Assembly (NCBI GenBank): GCA_014360195.1
Contig: JACIXY010000003.1
Span: 83,692 to 147,691, forward strand
Direction: 5' to 3'
From: Bacillota bacterium
Lineage (GTDB): Bacteria > Bacillota > SHA-98 > UBA4971
Length of the DNA: 64,000 bases
Both the position numbers and the translations under genes were made by a program. Numbering within the stretch: position 1 is the first letter of the stretch; each line of letters begins with the position of its first letter. Under the pieces are notes generated by a model that worked only from the letters and a program-made list of their open reading frames with translations, searched no databases and was not told where the DNA came from. Positions 51,121 through 61,404 of this stretch are shown here, one piece after another.

Positions 51121-52245
51121 TCACAGCAGGCCTATATCCAGCTTGAGCCTGATAACCACAAGCCTCAGGATCTGCTTTGCGATGTCTGACTCGGCAGCTG
51201 CAAGGGCCAGGGGAACCAGCGCTGCGATGATGAGCAGGACAAGGTAGCCCGTCCTCATGCGCCCCCTGTAAAGCTTGCTCACGCCTTTCGCGTCCACGAG
51301 CAACGACCCTACCTTGAGGCGAGTCAGGAACGTGGACGCCATTCCGGGGCGACCCTTGTCGAGGAATTCCTCCACGCTGGTGTGCGCGCCGACGGCCACG
51401 ATGAGCTCGGCGCCGTTTTCGTAGGCGAGGAGCATCGCCAGGTCCTCGCTGGTGCCGGGAGCAGGACAGACAATGGCATCGAGGCCGAGGCGCCTGACCC
51501 GCTCGAGGCCAGGGGCTCTGCCGTCTGGGTAGGCATGGACCACAAGCTCGTTCCCGCGCCGCAACGCTTCATCGGAGACGCTGTCCATGTCGCCCACGAT
51601 GATGTCGGGGGAAAACCCGATCTCAAGGAGGGCGTCCGCGGCGCCGTCCACCGCAACGAGCGCGGGACGCACTTCCTCAATGTAAGACCTTATGGCGCGG
51701 AGGTCTTCCCTGTAATCCCTGCCCCGCACCACTACAAGCGCATGCCTCCCGGAAATCCTGGTGCGGAGCGGCGGAAAGGGGAGATTGCCGAGGATCGCCG
51801 ACTTTTCCCGCCGCGCATACTCGATGGTGTTCGAAACGAATGCGTCAAGCTCGCGCGCAAGACCCTGTCGCGCCCGCCCGAGTTCACGCTCGAGCGACGC
51901 CAGCGTCTGGACCCGCCCTGTGCTAACCACCTTTCCGCACTTTATTATGGCGTTCCCCTCTAGCTCGATGACGTCACCGTCTCGCACAAGGTCCATAACC
52001 TGGGGACCAACCTCGTCAAGGACGTAGATCCCGGCGCGGCACAGCGTGAGGGGGCCGGGGTTGGGGTACCTGCCGCTTATGGACTTGCGCGCGTTTACGA
52101 CAGCCCGCACCCCTGCTCCAACAAGGGACTCGCAAGCCACAAGGTCGATGTCTTCGTGGTCGACGACGGCGATCTCCCCCGGGCGCAGGCGCGGCAGAAG
52201 GTTTTTCGTCTTTCGGTCCACCCTGGCGACGCCCCTGTACCTCAC
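51121..52245 (-). CDS. steA: SteA-like putative cytokinetic ring protein (thiamine-pyrophosphokinase-like fold, C-terminal TM)
   Basis: About 374 aa; IAVVDHEDIDLVACESLVGAGVRAVVN...VGDMDSVSDEAL; C-terminal TM helix. Paired with the SteB-like gene. Confidence 0.5.
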   Translation of the reverse strand: MRYRGVARVDRKTKNLLPRLRPGEIAVVDHEDIDLVACESLVGAGVRAVVNARKSISGRYPNPGPLTLCRAGIYVLDEVGPQVMDLVRDGDVIELEGNAIIKCGKVVSTGRVQTLASLERELGRARQGLARELDAFVSNTIEYARREKSAILGNLPFPPLRTRISGRHALVVVRGRDYREDLRAIRSYIEEVRPALVAVDGAADALLEIGFSPDIIVGDMDSVSDEALRRGNELVVHAYPDGRAPGLERVRRLGLDAIVCPAPGTSEDLAMLLAYENGAELIVAVGAHTSVEEFLDKGRPGMASTFLTRLKVGSLLVDAKGVSKLYRGRMRTGYLVLLIIAALVPLALAAAESDIAKQILRLVVIRLKLDIGLL

Positions 52246-52399
52246 GTGGACACCCTCCGCAAGGTCCCTGCTACCTCCTCCTCTCGTGCAATAGTATACT
52301 GAGCCCCGGAAAATATCATTCTATTCGAGGTGTCCACTGTCGCCCACCACGTATGTTTAGCTCCTTCGGTTTGTCATGTAGGCCACCAGATGCCTGCCA

Positions 52400-52509
52400 A
52401 CATTTCAGCCGCCTTGCCAACATCTGGTGGGTTGACGGTGTTGCACTCTCTCCTTGAGTCACCGGCAACCCCTCCCAAAAGTCGGAAGCATTTCTGCACT
52501 CTCACTTAG
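52400..52509. repeat. MITE-like repeat copy H; shares the GCCAACATCTGGTGGG left module with copy G
   Basis: GCCAACATCTGGTGGGTTGACGGTGTTGCACTCTCTCCTTGAGTCACCGGCAACCCCTCCCAAAAGTCGGAAGCATTTCTGCACTCTCACTTAG. Confidence 0.6.
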
Positions 52510-52580
52510 TCGCCAACGAGGTGTCGAACCACGGCCCACTGCTCCCGGTACTGGTGCGGGCGTACTTGCCGGAAGAAAAG

Positions 52581-53795
52581 TTAGCCAAATACGCTCCTCT
52601 CGGAACGAGTTCGACCTTGTTGCTGTTTTTCGTGCGGAGCCAGCCCCAGGCGAGCCATCAGATGGGCCAGGGTTGATTCCGCCCCCATGTTCGGGTTGGG
52701 CCCGGTAGGTGTCAGGCCATCATAACAGCCACCCATTATCGGATCGGCGAGGGCAACCCTCCCCAGGTTACGGCCGTAAAACCACTCCAGGGCGAACCCG
52801 GCGTGACGTAACCAGGTCTGCTCTCCTGTGGCACCGTAGGCGGCAAGGCACGCATCCACGAGCGCCGCTGCATCGAGAGGCTGCTGATCGTAATGCTCGG
52901 GGATCAGTTCGCCCGGGCGCCTCGCCTTTTCTCGCCTGATGAACCCGTGATTGCCGGGCAGGATCAGACAGTCATGTTCGGGCGACCACATTTCTTCCCA
53001 TATGAAGGTCAGTCCTTCGATCCCCGTTTTCATCCAGCTCGTGCTCTCGGCACCTTTGATGAGCGCGGAAGCCCGGATGAGGGCCTCAACGAGGCGGGCA
53101 TCATCGTACGTAAAACGCGGGGTGATCCACTTCTTTTCGTACCGGTCAGCACCGCTTAAGCGGTCTGCGAGCCGGGGCGCAAGCCGTAGGGTGAGACGCC
53201 GCCACTCGTCACCGGCCGGAACGTTCTCGGGTCCTCGTCGGAAGTTACCGACGACGGATGGATCAATGTCGGCCGTCGGCACCAGGCCGCAAGCTGCCGC
53301 TGCGCCCAGCAGTGTGTAGGCTACGGCCCGCGGCGACTCAAGCCTTTCCAGGTGAGGCCACAGACCTGCGCGCAGGTACTCCACGGCCGGATAGATGCCA
53401 GGGCGCCAGGGAAAGCGCGAGGCGTAACCCAGTGCCCAGGCGGCACGCCCGTGGGCATCCTCCGACCCGACCTCATCCTCGAACACGCGGTCATAGCGGA
53501 CGGCGTTGTGGATGCGTCCATCGGTCCGGCGGCAGTAAAGCAGAAACTGCAGGTAGCGGTCGGCCAAGCCATCCGCGTCTCTTTGCCCGGTGACCAGGCG
53601 GTAGAGACAGCAGGCGATGATCCCGCGCGCATTGTCGTCAGCGGTGTAGCCTTCGGCGGGATTGGGGATGCTGCCGCAGGCGTGTTCGAGGAGCCCGGTG
53701 TCATCTGTGAGGCGCGAGAGGTGTCTCAGGATTTTGGGACTGATGGGAGCAGTCTCCAGAATGTAATCTAACCCTGTGCCAATCCCTATCCTCAT
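52581..53795 (-). CDS. Putative (alpha/alpha)6-barrel glycoside hydrolase or sugar epimerase-like protein; family not resolved
   Basis: 404 aa, no TM. The context (GT4, PMM, ManC downstream in the same orientation) suggests carbohydrate metabolism. The fold call is inference only. Confidence 0.3.
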   Translation of the reverse strand: MRIGIGTGLDYILETAPISPKILRHLSRLTDDTGLLEHACGSIPNPAEGYTADDNARGIIACCLYRLVTGQRDADGLADRYLQFLLYCRRTDGRIHNAVRYDRVFEDEVGSEDAHGRAAWALGYASRFPWRPGIYPAVEYLRAGLWPHLERLESPRAVAYTLLGAAAACGLVPTADIDPSVVGNFRRGPENVPAGDEWRRLTLRLAPRLADRLSGADRYEKKWITPRFTYDDARLVEALIRASALIKGAESTSWMKTGIEGLTFIWEEMWSPEHDCLILPGNHGFIRREKARRPGELIPEHYDQQPLDAAALVDACLAAYGATGEQTWLRHAGFALEWFYGRNLGRVALADPIMGGCYDGLTPTGPNPNMGAESTLAHLMARLGLAPHEKQQQGRTRSERSVFG

Positions 53796-54003
53796 GAGCT
53801 CATCCTCGCCTCCTTGGACTATCTACAGAGTCATCCCGCCAAAAAAGAGTACAAGCGCGGCGATCAGGCATGATCTGAGAGCGTCAGAAAGCCTTTCAAG
53901 CCTTTCCAGGTAGGTCTTCGGGATGAGGACGCTACCGAACCCAAGCCACCCGTCGTCCGGCCCGCGCCGGGCGGCGGGTTCGGGATACCCTACGGCGCGA
54001 CGC

Positions 54004-55197
54004 TCACGCGCCCGCCTCCAGGGTAGCGAGCTTCCGGGTGGCAAGTGCGACCTGCTCCTGATGCTCACTTAGGACCGAGCGGTAAAGCCGCATGTGATGT
54101 CGGCCGATCTCCGGCCAGCGGAGGCTGCGCCCGAAGGCAAGTGCCCTCTGCTCGTATGTATACCGCCGCAGGGGGTTTCTAATCAGCCCAGCGATCGCGC
54201 CAGCCAGCCGCCCGCTCAACTCACTGAGATGCTCGAACTCTACGATCACGCCCCGCCCGCCACCGAGCAGGTCCTGGGCATACAGGTACGGGGTGGACAC
54301 GATCGCCCGGCCCGCGGCGACGGCATAGGTAAGCGTGCCGCTCGTTATCTGATCGCGCCCGGGATAAGGAGTCACGTAGATATCCGTGGCCGCCAGCCAC
54401 TGGATCAGCTCCTGCAGGTCAAGGTAGCGGTCGACGAAGTGAACGTTTGCTCCGATGGCAAGGTCCCCGACCAGTTTCAGGAGCGTGTCCCTGTAGGTAT
54501 CGGGTCCTCTGCGCAACAGCTTCGGGTGAGTACGCCCGAGGATGTAGTAATGCGCTTCAGGGTGATGTTTGATAACCTCTGCCATGGCCTCTATCGCGTA
54601 TTCGAGACCTTTTCCTGGCCCGATGAGCCCGAAGGTGCTGATGACGACCTGCTCAGAAGGAATCTCCAGCATCTGGCGGGCCTTCTTCCGGTCCACCGGG
54701 GCGGGCGCGCCGTGACGGATAAGCGCTACCTTCTCCCGTGGTATCCCGTACACCTCCTCCAGGATGTCTTCGGCGCAGGTACTCATCACTATGACTTTTC
54801 GCACACGCCTGCCGATCTCACTAAGGACACGGCGCTGACCTCTGGTAGGGCGCGGCAGAACGGTATGAAACGTGGCCACACACGGCTTGCGCAGCCGTTC
54901 CAGGAAATGCAGGACCCAACACCCGTCTTCACCTCCGAATATCCCGTATTCGTGCTGGAGGTGAACCAGGTCAATGTCCTGGTGATTAACCCAGTCGGCC
55001 GCCTGCCGGTAGGAGTCCACCTCATTCTCGCGCAGCCGGTAGAACACCTCTGGCCCGAACTGTCCCCCGCCATCATCGAGGGCGATGACACCGGCACGTC
55101 GGCAGGACGACCGCACGGAGGTCAGAACGTCCTGGGTGTAAGTCGCCATGCCGCACTGCCGGGGCGGATAAGTGCTGACGAAAGCGATGGAATTCAT
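54004..55197 (-). CDS. GT4 family glycosyltransferase (retaining; likely GDP-mannose dependent)
   Basis: GT-B GT4 C-terminal motif region (ATDIYVTPY...EGFGL-like). ATG 55197 with RBS GGAGGTG. Confidence 0.7.
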   Translation of the reverse strand: MNSIAFVSTYPPRQCGMATYTQDVLTSVRSSCRRAGVIALDDGGGQFGPEVFYRLRENEVDSYRQAADWVNHQDIDLVHLQHEYGIFGGEDGCWVLHFLERLRKPCVATFHTVLPRPTRGQRRVLSEIGRRVRKVIVMSTCAEDILEEVYGIPREKVALIRHGAPAPVDRKKARQMLEIPSEQVVISTFGLIGPGKGLEYAIEAMAEVIKHHPEAHYYILGRTHPKLLRRGPDTYRDTLLKLVGDLAIGANVHFVDRYLDLQELIQWLAATDIYVTPYPGRDQITSGTLTYAVAAGRAIVSTPYLYAQDLLGGGRGVIVEFEHLSELSGRLAGAIAGLIRNPLRRYTYEQRALAFGRSLRWPEIGRHHMRLYRSVLSEHQEQVALATRKLATLEAGA

Positions 55198-55311
55198 GCA
55201 CATCACCTCCGTAGTCGGAATCCGCAAATGAGACTTATGGAGACCTCAGGCACGTGGCGCCCTTTATACCGCTTTATATGCCGCCTTATGGTGGGCGACT
55301 TTCATAGCCTT

Positions 55312-56760
55312 TCATGCCAGGGCCTTCGCCGGGGCGGTATACGCGAGCATCTGCTGCAGCAGTTTCTCACCTTCGTTCAGCAGTTGTTTGACCTCGCCGG
55401 GCGAGGAGGCCTCTGCGTAAATGCGAACGACCGGCTCCGTCCCCGAAGCCCGCAGCATCAACCAGCTATCATCCTCAAGGAGGAACTTAACACCGTCCCG
55501 TCGATTCACCTCGCGGACACGGCGCCCGCAGACTGTTTCTGGCAACTGCCTGCTGAGCTCGCCCACGGCTTGTCCGCCCACAGGGCCGTCGAAGCGCAGG
55601 TCCGTACGGCCGTAGTGGTGCTCTCCGACCGACCGGAACAAATCATCACGCAGTTCCAGGATACCTTTGCCGGTTGTTGCCATCATCTCCAGAAGCAGGA
55701 GTCCCGAGAAGATGCCGTCGCGCTCGGGCAGATGTCCGCGTACGCCGATACCGCCGCTTTCCTCGCCGCCGATGAGGATGTCCCGCTCGAGCATCAAGGC
55801 CGCTATATGCTTGAAACCTATCGGAACCTCGTGCAGCCGCAGCTTATAGTGCCGGCAGAGGCGGTCGATCATCTGAGTCGTGGAAACGGTGCGGACCACT
55901 TCTCCTCTCTCTCCTCGATTCTCAACGAGGTGCCGGAGGAGCAGAGAGAAGATCTGATGCGGGTTTATAAAGTCCCCTCCTGGTCCCACGGCACCGATCC
56001 GGTCGCCATCCCCATCGAGCGCGATGCCGATATGGGCGATTCCCGTTCCCAATCGCTCTCGCAGGGCCCCGAGATTGGCCTCGATGGGTTCTGGGCTCAC
56101 GCCGCCGAAGTCGGGGTTGACCTCTGCGCGTACAGGAACCACATCCACCCCAGCCCGCTCTAATATGCTTACAAGATATTCGGCGGACGAACCGTGCATA
56201 GCGTCGGCGAAGACCCTCAGCTTCGCTCTGCGGATGGCGTCCGAGTCTACAAGGCTCAACAGGTGATCGCCATACGGCTGCCTGGGATTGAACCAGTGTA
56301 ACAACCCGTCGCGTTCGGCCTCGGCCACTGAGCGCCGGCGAACCTGGGTGCTGGACCGGTTTACCCATCGCTCAATGGCAGCGGTCAGCTCAGGGGGCGC
56401 GGAACAACCGGCCTCACTCTTGATCTTGATCCCGTTGAACTGCGGCGGGTTGTGGCTCGCAGTGACCATCACCCCCATAGGAGCCCGCCTGTGCCGGACC
56501 CAAAATGCGAGCGCCGGGGTGGGCAACGGGGCATCTGAGAGTTCAACCTCGATCTCATGAGAGGTGAGAACTTCAGCAATCCTCTCAGCGAAGGCACTTG
56601 ACAAGAAACGCCGATCATATCCAACCACAACTGGCCCCCTTACAGGCGCCTCTTCGGTCAGATAGCGGCCGAGCCCTGCGGCGACCTGTTCCACATTCTC
56701 GAATGTAAAGTCATCCGCGATGACGCCTCGCCAGCCATCGGTTCCGAAGCGGATATACAT
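55312..56760 (-). CDS. Phosphomannomutase / phosphoglucomutase
   Basis: FGTDGWRG...TASHNPPQFNGIK. Confidence 0.85.
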   Translation of the reverse strand: MYIRFGTDGWRGVIADDFTFENVEQVAAGLGRYLTEEAPVRGPVVVGYDRRFLSSAFAERIAEVLTSHEIEVELSDAPLPTPALAFWVRHRRAPMGVMVTASHNPPQFNGIKIKSEAGCSAPPELTAAIERWVNRSSTQVRRRSVAEAERDGLLHWFNPRQPYGDHLLSLVDSDAIRRAKLRVFADAMHGSSAEYLVSILERAGVDVVPVRAEVNPDFGGVSPEPIEANLGALRERLGTGIAHIGIALDGDGDRIGAVGPGGDFINPHQIFSLLLRHLVENRGERGEVVRTVSTTQMIDRLCRHYKLRLHEVPIGFKHIAALMLERDILIGGEESGGIGVRGHLPERDGIFSGLLLLEMMATTGKGILELRDDLFRSVGEHHYGRTDLRFDGPVGGQAVGELSRQLPETVCGRRVREVNRRDGVKFLLEDDSWLMLRASGTEPVVRIYAEASSPGEVKQLLNEGEKLLQQMLAYTAPAKALA

Positions 56761-56915
56761 GCGGTTCCCTCCTTCGCTGTGTCCATTCTGATTTAGACGA
56801 AGCAGCTTGAGATAGCCAGGTGTTGACGGCTATCAGCCATCAACCAGGGTGAGTGCCAGTCATGGCGATCAAAAATGGGGCGATGAAGCACGAAGCGAGT
56901 TCAGCTACGCGCCAG

Positions 56916-58064
56916 CTACGCACCTCTCGCGCCTGCAGTCGCAGTAACCTCATAGACCTGCCCGCTGCGGTCATGGAGGAGATGACGGTACCGCTCATCG
57001 TCACGCAAGCGTGCTACCACCTCCCGGACTCGCTGCACCGAATCTTTGTGACACACGAGTAACGCATCGCCCGTATCGACAATGACCAAATCACGGAGAC
57101 CTACCGTCGCTACAAGGCGGCCCGTGTCGCTGTAGACTATACAGTTGCTGGTATCTACTCCAACGTATTCGCTCTGAATAACGTTGCCCGCCCTATCTGC
57201 TGGAAGCAAGCGTCCCAGAGCCGACCAGCTGCCAACATCATCCCATCCGAAGGAAGCGGGCACGCATATTATCCGTTCCTCCTTTTCCATGATCCCGTAG
57301 TCAACGGATATCGATGGTATCCTGAAATACTCCTGTCTGAGAACGCGCCAGTAGTGCGGTGTGCCTACCGCTTCGCGGATACGGCTCATCGCTTCAGCCA
57401 CCTCGGGAAGGTGCTTTTCGAAGGCGCGTTCGATTGTCTTCAGGCGCCAGATGAACATGCCGCTGTTCCACAGGTAATCTCCTGAACGCAGATAGGCCTC
57501 GGCGCGCCGGCGGTCGGGCTTTTCCACAAATCGATGCACCCGGTAGAATCGCAAACCATCGAGCTCTCGAAGATCTACAATGTGGATATAGCCATAACCG
57601 GTCTCAGGCCGGGTCGGCCGGACCCCTATAGTCACAAGGCAGTCCCGGTAATCGGGCTCCCGCACCAACCGGGAGGCGCGTTCCAGGGTGCGCCGGAACT
57701 CTTCGTCGTCGAGGACTGCATGGTCTGCCGGTAGAACCGCCATTACAAGATCATCGTCGGCGCCGGCGGCGCGGAGATGGGCCACGGCCAGAGCAATACA
57801 AGGGGCCGTGTTCTTTCCTTCCGGTTCGGTCATGATGTGGTTTTGGGGTACGCGCGGGACCTGTTTTCGGACCTCATCATGCAGGTGTGAAGCGGTAACT
57901 ATGTAGATCCCGCCCGCTCCGCAAAGAGGCAAAAGGCGGTCGACAGTCTGCTGGACCAGGGACTTCTTCCCACCAATGGACAGCAACTGCTTGGGTCGTT
58001 CCCTGCGACTCACCGGCCAAAAGCGTTCGCCACCTCCTCCGGCCATGATCACAGCTGTCAGCAT
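56916..58064 (-). CDS. manC: Mannose-1-phosphate guanylyltransferase
   Basis: MLTAVIMAGGGGERFWP...KQLL. ATG 58064 with RBS GAGGAGGGG. Confidence 0.8.
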   Translation of the reverse strand: MLTAVIMAGGGGERFWPVSRRERPKQLLSIGGKKSLVQQTVDRLLPLCGAGGIYIVTASHLHDEVRKQVPRVPQNHIMTEPEGKNTAPCIALAVAHLRAAGADDDLVMAVLPADHAVLDDEEFRRTLERASRLVREPDYRDCLVTIGVRPTRPETGYGYIHIVDLRELDGLRFYRVHRFVEKPDRRRAEAYLRSGDYLWNSGMFIWRLKTIERAFEKHLPEVAEAMSRIREAVGTPHYWRVLRQEYFRIPSISVDYGIMEKEERIICVPASFGWDDVGSWSALGRLLPADRAGNVIQSEYVGVDTSNCIVYSDTGRLVATVGLRDLVIVDTGDALLVCHKDSVQRVREVVARLRDDERYRHLLHDRSGQVYEVTATAGARGA

Positions 58065-58664
58065 ACGATCCCCTCCTCGTCGCAAAATCACACTTCCCAA
58101 GAGCTTTTCAAATTTTCTCCCTTGCTTCATACCTCTTGAGTTAGACTGAAAAGCCAAACCGAAGAGCACGCCTGTCTTTTGATTGTTCCTGGCAATCCTT
58201 GGATAATGATCCGTATCGGATTTAGATGGTTTGCAGGGAGAGAAGCGCAAGAGAAGCGCAAGATTGGACTAGAGGAGATGGCCCCTCTGCCACAAACTAC
58301 TCACTTAATATTTATACCTGGTCTGAGCGCGGATTTCAAGGAAGATCAGGGCCCGTGCAGGCAGCAAAACCAGCAGCAGGACAGAGTTCCTGCCACGACG
58401 GCGGTTATCTCACGGCCTTTCATCCGCATGCTTCATCTTGGACGGCCCCAACAGGCTCAGCACAAGGGATACGCACCGACACTTGTTGAGACAGAGTCCG
58501 CGGCCAAACGTTCGTCTATGAGAGGTCTTGAGTCCCTCTAGGTGTCAATGTCGCCGGCCGCATAGCACACCAGGCCCCGGAACATATCATCCCGGAACTG
58601 TCCCTGCCAGAGAAAGTATGCGCCAACTCATGCTCCACCGTAGCCTCACGTCGGTGCCGGCAGG

Positions 58665-59444
58665 TCAACTCGCCCGCATTTCGAGGCGCAGCTTATCTGC
58701 GACCCGGGCGATGAAGGCGGAGTTGGTGGGCTTTCCTTTTTCGCTGCTCACCGTATGTCCGAAAACGCTGTTCAGAAACTCGATGTTCCCTCGTGTCCAT
58801 GCGATTTCGATGGCGTGGCGAATGGCACGCTCGACCCGGGGCGCCGTGGTATCGAACTTCTGTGCTACCCTCGGGTACAGCTCTTTCGTGACCCCGTTCA
58901 GAAGGCCAACCTCATTGACCACCATGATGATGGCCTCCCTGAGGTACATGTAGCCTCTGATGTTCGCTGGGATCCCCATCTCGTGGATGATCCGGGTCAC
59001 TTCGGTATTCAGGTCACGCGGGACCTCAGCTGGACCCGCCTTCCTCTTCCTCACAACTCCGCCGCTCTGAGCCACCTGCCGGATCCTCTGGGCCAGCGTC
59101 TCCATGTCGAACGGCTTAAGTATGTAGTAGTCGGCGCCAAGCTCGATGATGCTCTGAGTCATGTGCTCTTGCCCAATGGCGGTAAGCATTACGAACCTCG
59201 GCCGCCTGGAGATATCTTGCTTTGCAAGGCGCTCGAGCACCCCGATACCGTCGAGGTACGGCATGATGATATCAAGGATCACCACGTCGGGGCTGGTGGT
59301 AGATATGCCTTCGAGAGCTTCCAGGCCGTCATAGGCAACCCCGACTACTTCCATGTCAGGCTGGGCGTCGATGAATTCCTTCAGGACCTCGCACAGTTCG
59401 TGGTTGTCGTCGACTATAAGAACGCGTGTCCGACCAGAAGCCAT
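58665..59444 (-). CDS. spo0A: Stage 0 sporulation protein A
   Basis: Receiver domain (VLIVDDN...D...) plus a Spo0A_C domain ([20 protein letters not shown]...[22 protein letters not shown]). Confidence 0.92.
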   Translation of the reverse strand: MASGRTRVLIVDDNHELCEVLKEFIDAQPDMEVVGVAYDGLEALEGISTTSPDVVILDIIMPYLDGIGVLERLAKQDISRRPRFVMLTAIGQEHMTQSIIELGADYYILKPFDMETLAQRIRQVAQSGGVVRKRKAGPAEVPRDLNTEVTRIIHEMGIPANIRGYMYLREAIIMVVNEVGLLNGVTKELYPRVAQKFDTTAPRVERAIRHAIEIAWTRGNIEFLNSVFGHTVSSEKGKPTNSAFIARVADKLRLEMRAS

Positions 59445-59564
59445 AGCACCACCTCATCCGCGCGCTGACAAATGATAGCATTGTAACCTCACCCGCTGAC
59501 GTTTTAGGATTCTACGCCTCCGGATGAAGTCCTGCCCCCCTCATGCGGAAAATCCCACCCGCTC

Positions 59565-61208
59565 CTATGCAGCACGGGGGGCAGGAATGCGCTCCGGAGC
59601 AGGTACGCGCTGTGACGAGGGCCCAGGCCCGGCTACCGCCGCCTCCGACCTTGACTCCTGCATAAAGAGGCCCGCTTCCCTCGCAAGCCACTCCGCCAGT
59701 ACACCGTAGCCCCGGGTCTGGTCCGATACGAACACGTGCGTCAGCACGCCCACGAGCTTGTTGTCCTTGACGATGGGGCTACCAGACATGCCCTGGACGA
59801 TCCCACCTGTTAGCGAGAGAAGCCTGGGATCCACGACCCGTATCACCAGGCCTTTGATTTGCGGGGTCGCCTGCCTCGCCACGCGCTGAATCTCCACGCG
59901 GAACCTCTCGACCCGGCTATCCTCAACCACCGTGTAGAGGTCGGCGTAGCCCGGAGTCACCTCCTCAGCCATGGCGATGGGGATGGCCTCGCTGAAGTAA
60001 GGGTTCCTCGGGACCTTCGAAAGCGTGCCGAATATGCCGAATTTCGTGTTTCGTTCTATGGTGCCGATGACGTCCTGCTCGCCGCTGAAACTCCCCACCT
60101 TCTCGCCGGGCTGGCCGCGGCTGCCGTGGTGGATGCCGAGGATGTGCGCCTGCACGATCCTGCCTCTTGCGACATCCACCTCTCTATTGGTGGCGGCGTC
60201 AGTTATCACGTGCCCGAGCGCGCAATATACCCGGGACTCTGGCTCATAGAACGACAGCGTCCCCACGCCGGCCGCGTTCTCGCGAACCCAGATGCCAATC
60301 TTATACTGTACCTGCCCTCCCTGGCGCGAGAGGCCGAAGGTGTCTTCCGCCTGTACTTCCACGGGCCTTACGCGGACGGTGAACGCCCTCGAGTCGCGCA
60401 GAATCTTGATTTCGACGGGCTTTCCGCTTCTTCCGGCAAGATCGATAGCCCGCTCCACCTCAGACTTGTTGTCGACGCCCTGGCCGTTGATGCTAACGAT
60501 GACGTCGCCTACCTCAATCCCGGCTTCCCGAGCGGGATAGCGGCGCCTGCCGTCGGTCCCGACCACCGGGTAATGCCCCACGACCACGACGCCCCTCGCC
60601 GACAGCAGCACTCCGATGGCGTGCCCACCCGGGATGACCTTCACCTCCGGGACCACGCTCACCAGGAGGCGCTTCACCGGGATCATATCAAGAAGCCGCA
60701 CCTCAAGGCTTGTGTCACCCTGAGCGAGCGGCACAAGCCTCACTCCCGCCCCGCGCCTGCCCGAGACGCCCGCGGCGCCCGAGGACACCGTGTCCATGCG
60801 CACAAGCTCCGCCCCTGTCAGCCGGAACCTCACGTCCAGCGGCACCCGGACCCAGAGATCCTTCGTGGAGCCTTCGAGGATGGTGATCCTGTCGGGCAGA
60901 CTCCCGAAGGTGAGGCAGTACGCGATGGCACACGCCAGAACCGCCAGCAAGATGACGGAACGAACCTTCAACCCCGATGGCCTGCCTCGCCGTCCCCCCG
61001 GCCCTCTGCGGGCGTGGCTACCGCCACTGGTTCCGGTACTGCGAGCGTCGGGCGCGCCGTTGCCTTCGACGCTACTGCCTATACTGATCGCGGCGTTGTT
61101 GTCGCAGCTTGCGTGCCTGTCCTTATCTCGTGCGCTGGCGCCCGGAAAGTCCAACTCGTGGCTACCCCCGGCATGACACATGTCGCAGGCGCCCAAAGTC
61201 GCAATCAA
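59565..61208 (-). CDS. spoIVB: SpoIVB peptidase (S55, PDZ); start uncertain (low-complexity N-terminus)
   Basis: PDZ and S55 protease segments. The upstream neighbour of spo0A, as in B. subtilis. Confidence 0.8.
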   Translation of the reverse strand: MIATLGACDMCHAGGSHELDFPGASARDKDRHASCDNNAAISIGSSVEGNGAPDARSTGTSGGSHARRGPGGRRGRPSGLKVRSVILLAVLACAIAYCLTFGSLPDRITILEGSTKDLWVRVPLDVRFRLTGAELVRMDTVSSGAAGVSGRRGAGVRLVPLAQGDTSLEVRLLDMIPVKRLLVSVVPEVKVIPGGHAIGVLLSARGVVVVGHYPVVGTDGRRRYPAREAGIEVGDVIVSINGQGVDNKSEVERAIDLAGRSGKPVEIKILRDSRAFTVRVRPVEVQAEDTFGLSRQGGQVQYKIGIWVRENAAGVGTLSFYEPESRVYCALGHVITDAATNREVDVARGRIVQAHILGIHHGSRGQPGEKVGSFSGEQDVIGTIERNTKFGIFGTLSKVPRNPYFSEAIPIAMAEEVTPGYADLYTVVEDSRVERFRVEIQRVARQATPQIKGLVIRVVDPRLLSLTGGIVQGMSGSPIVKDNKLVGVLTHVFVSDQTRGYGVLAEWLAREAGLFMQESRSEAAVAGPGPSSQRVPAPERIPAPRAA

Positions 61209-61404
61209 GGAGGCACGTTTCGCGCGCCTCCTTGACCTGCGATTACGCCTGCAAGATTACCCTGCCCGGGAGCCTGTTTTTTATGCCCTTAAAACTTTGC
61301 ATGTCATGTTTGCGCCTGTCAGGTGGAGAGTAGCGATCACCTCTCAGGCAGCGATGTCCATGAGAAGCAATGGCATCGTGACCGTCGGTCTCGGTGACCA
61401 GCGG

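Noticed and set aside
53823-54068. 81-aa minus-strand ORF between the alpha/alpha-barrel gene and GT4
   Set aside because: It overlaps the GT4 3-prime end by about 65 nt, is R-rich and has no RBS.
59445-59564. spo0A promoter region searched for 0A boxes and a sigma-H promoter
   Set aside because: No exact TGTCGAA or confident -35/-10 pair could be assigned by eye.
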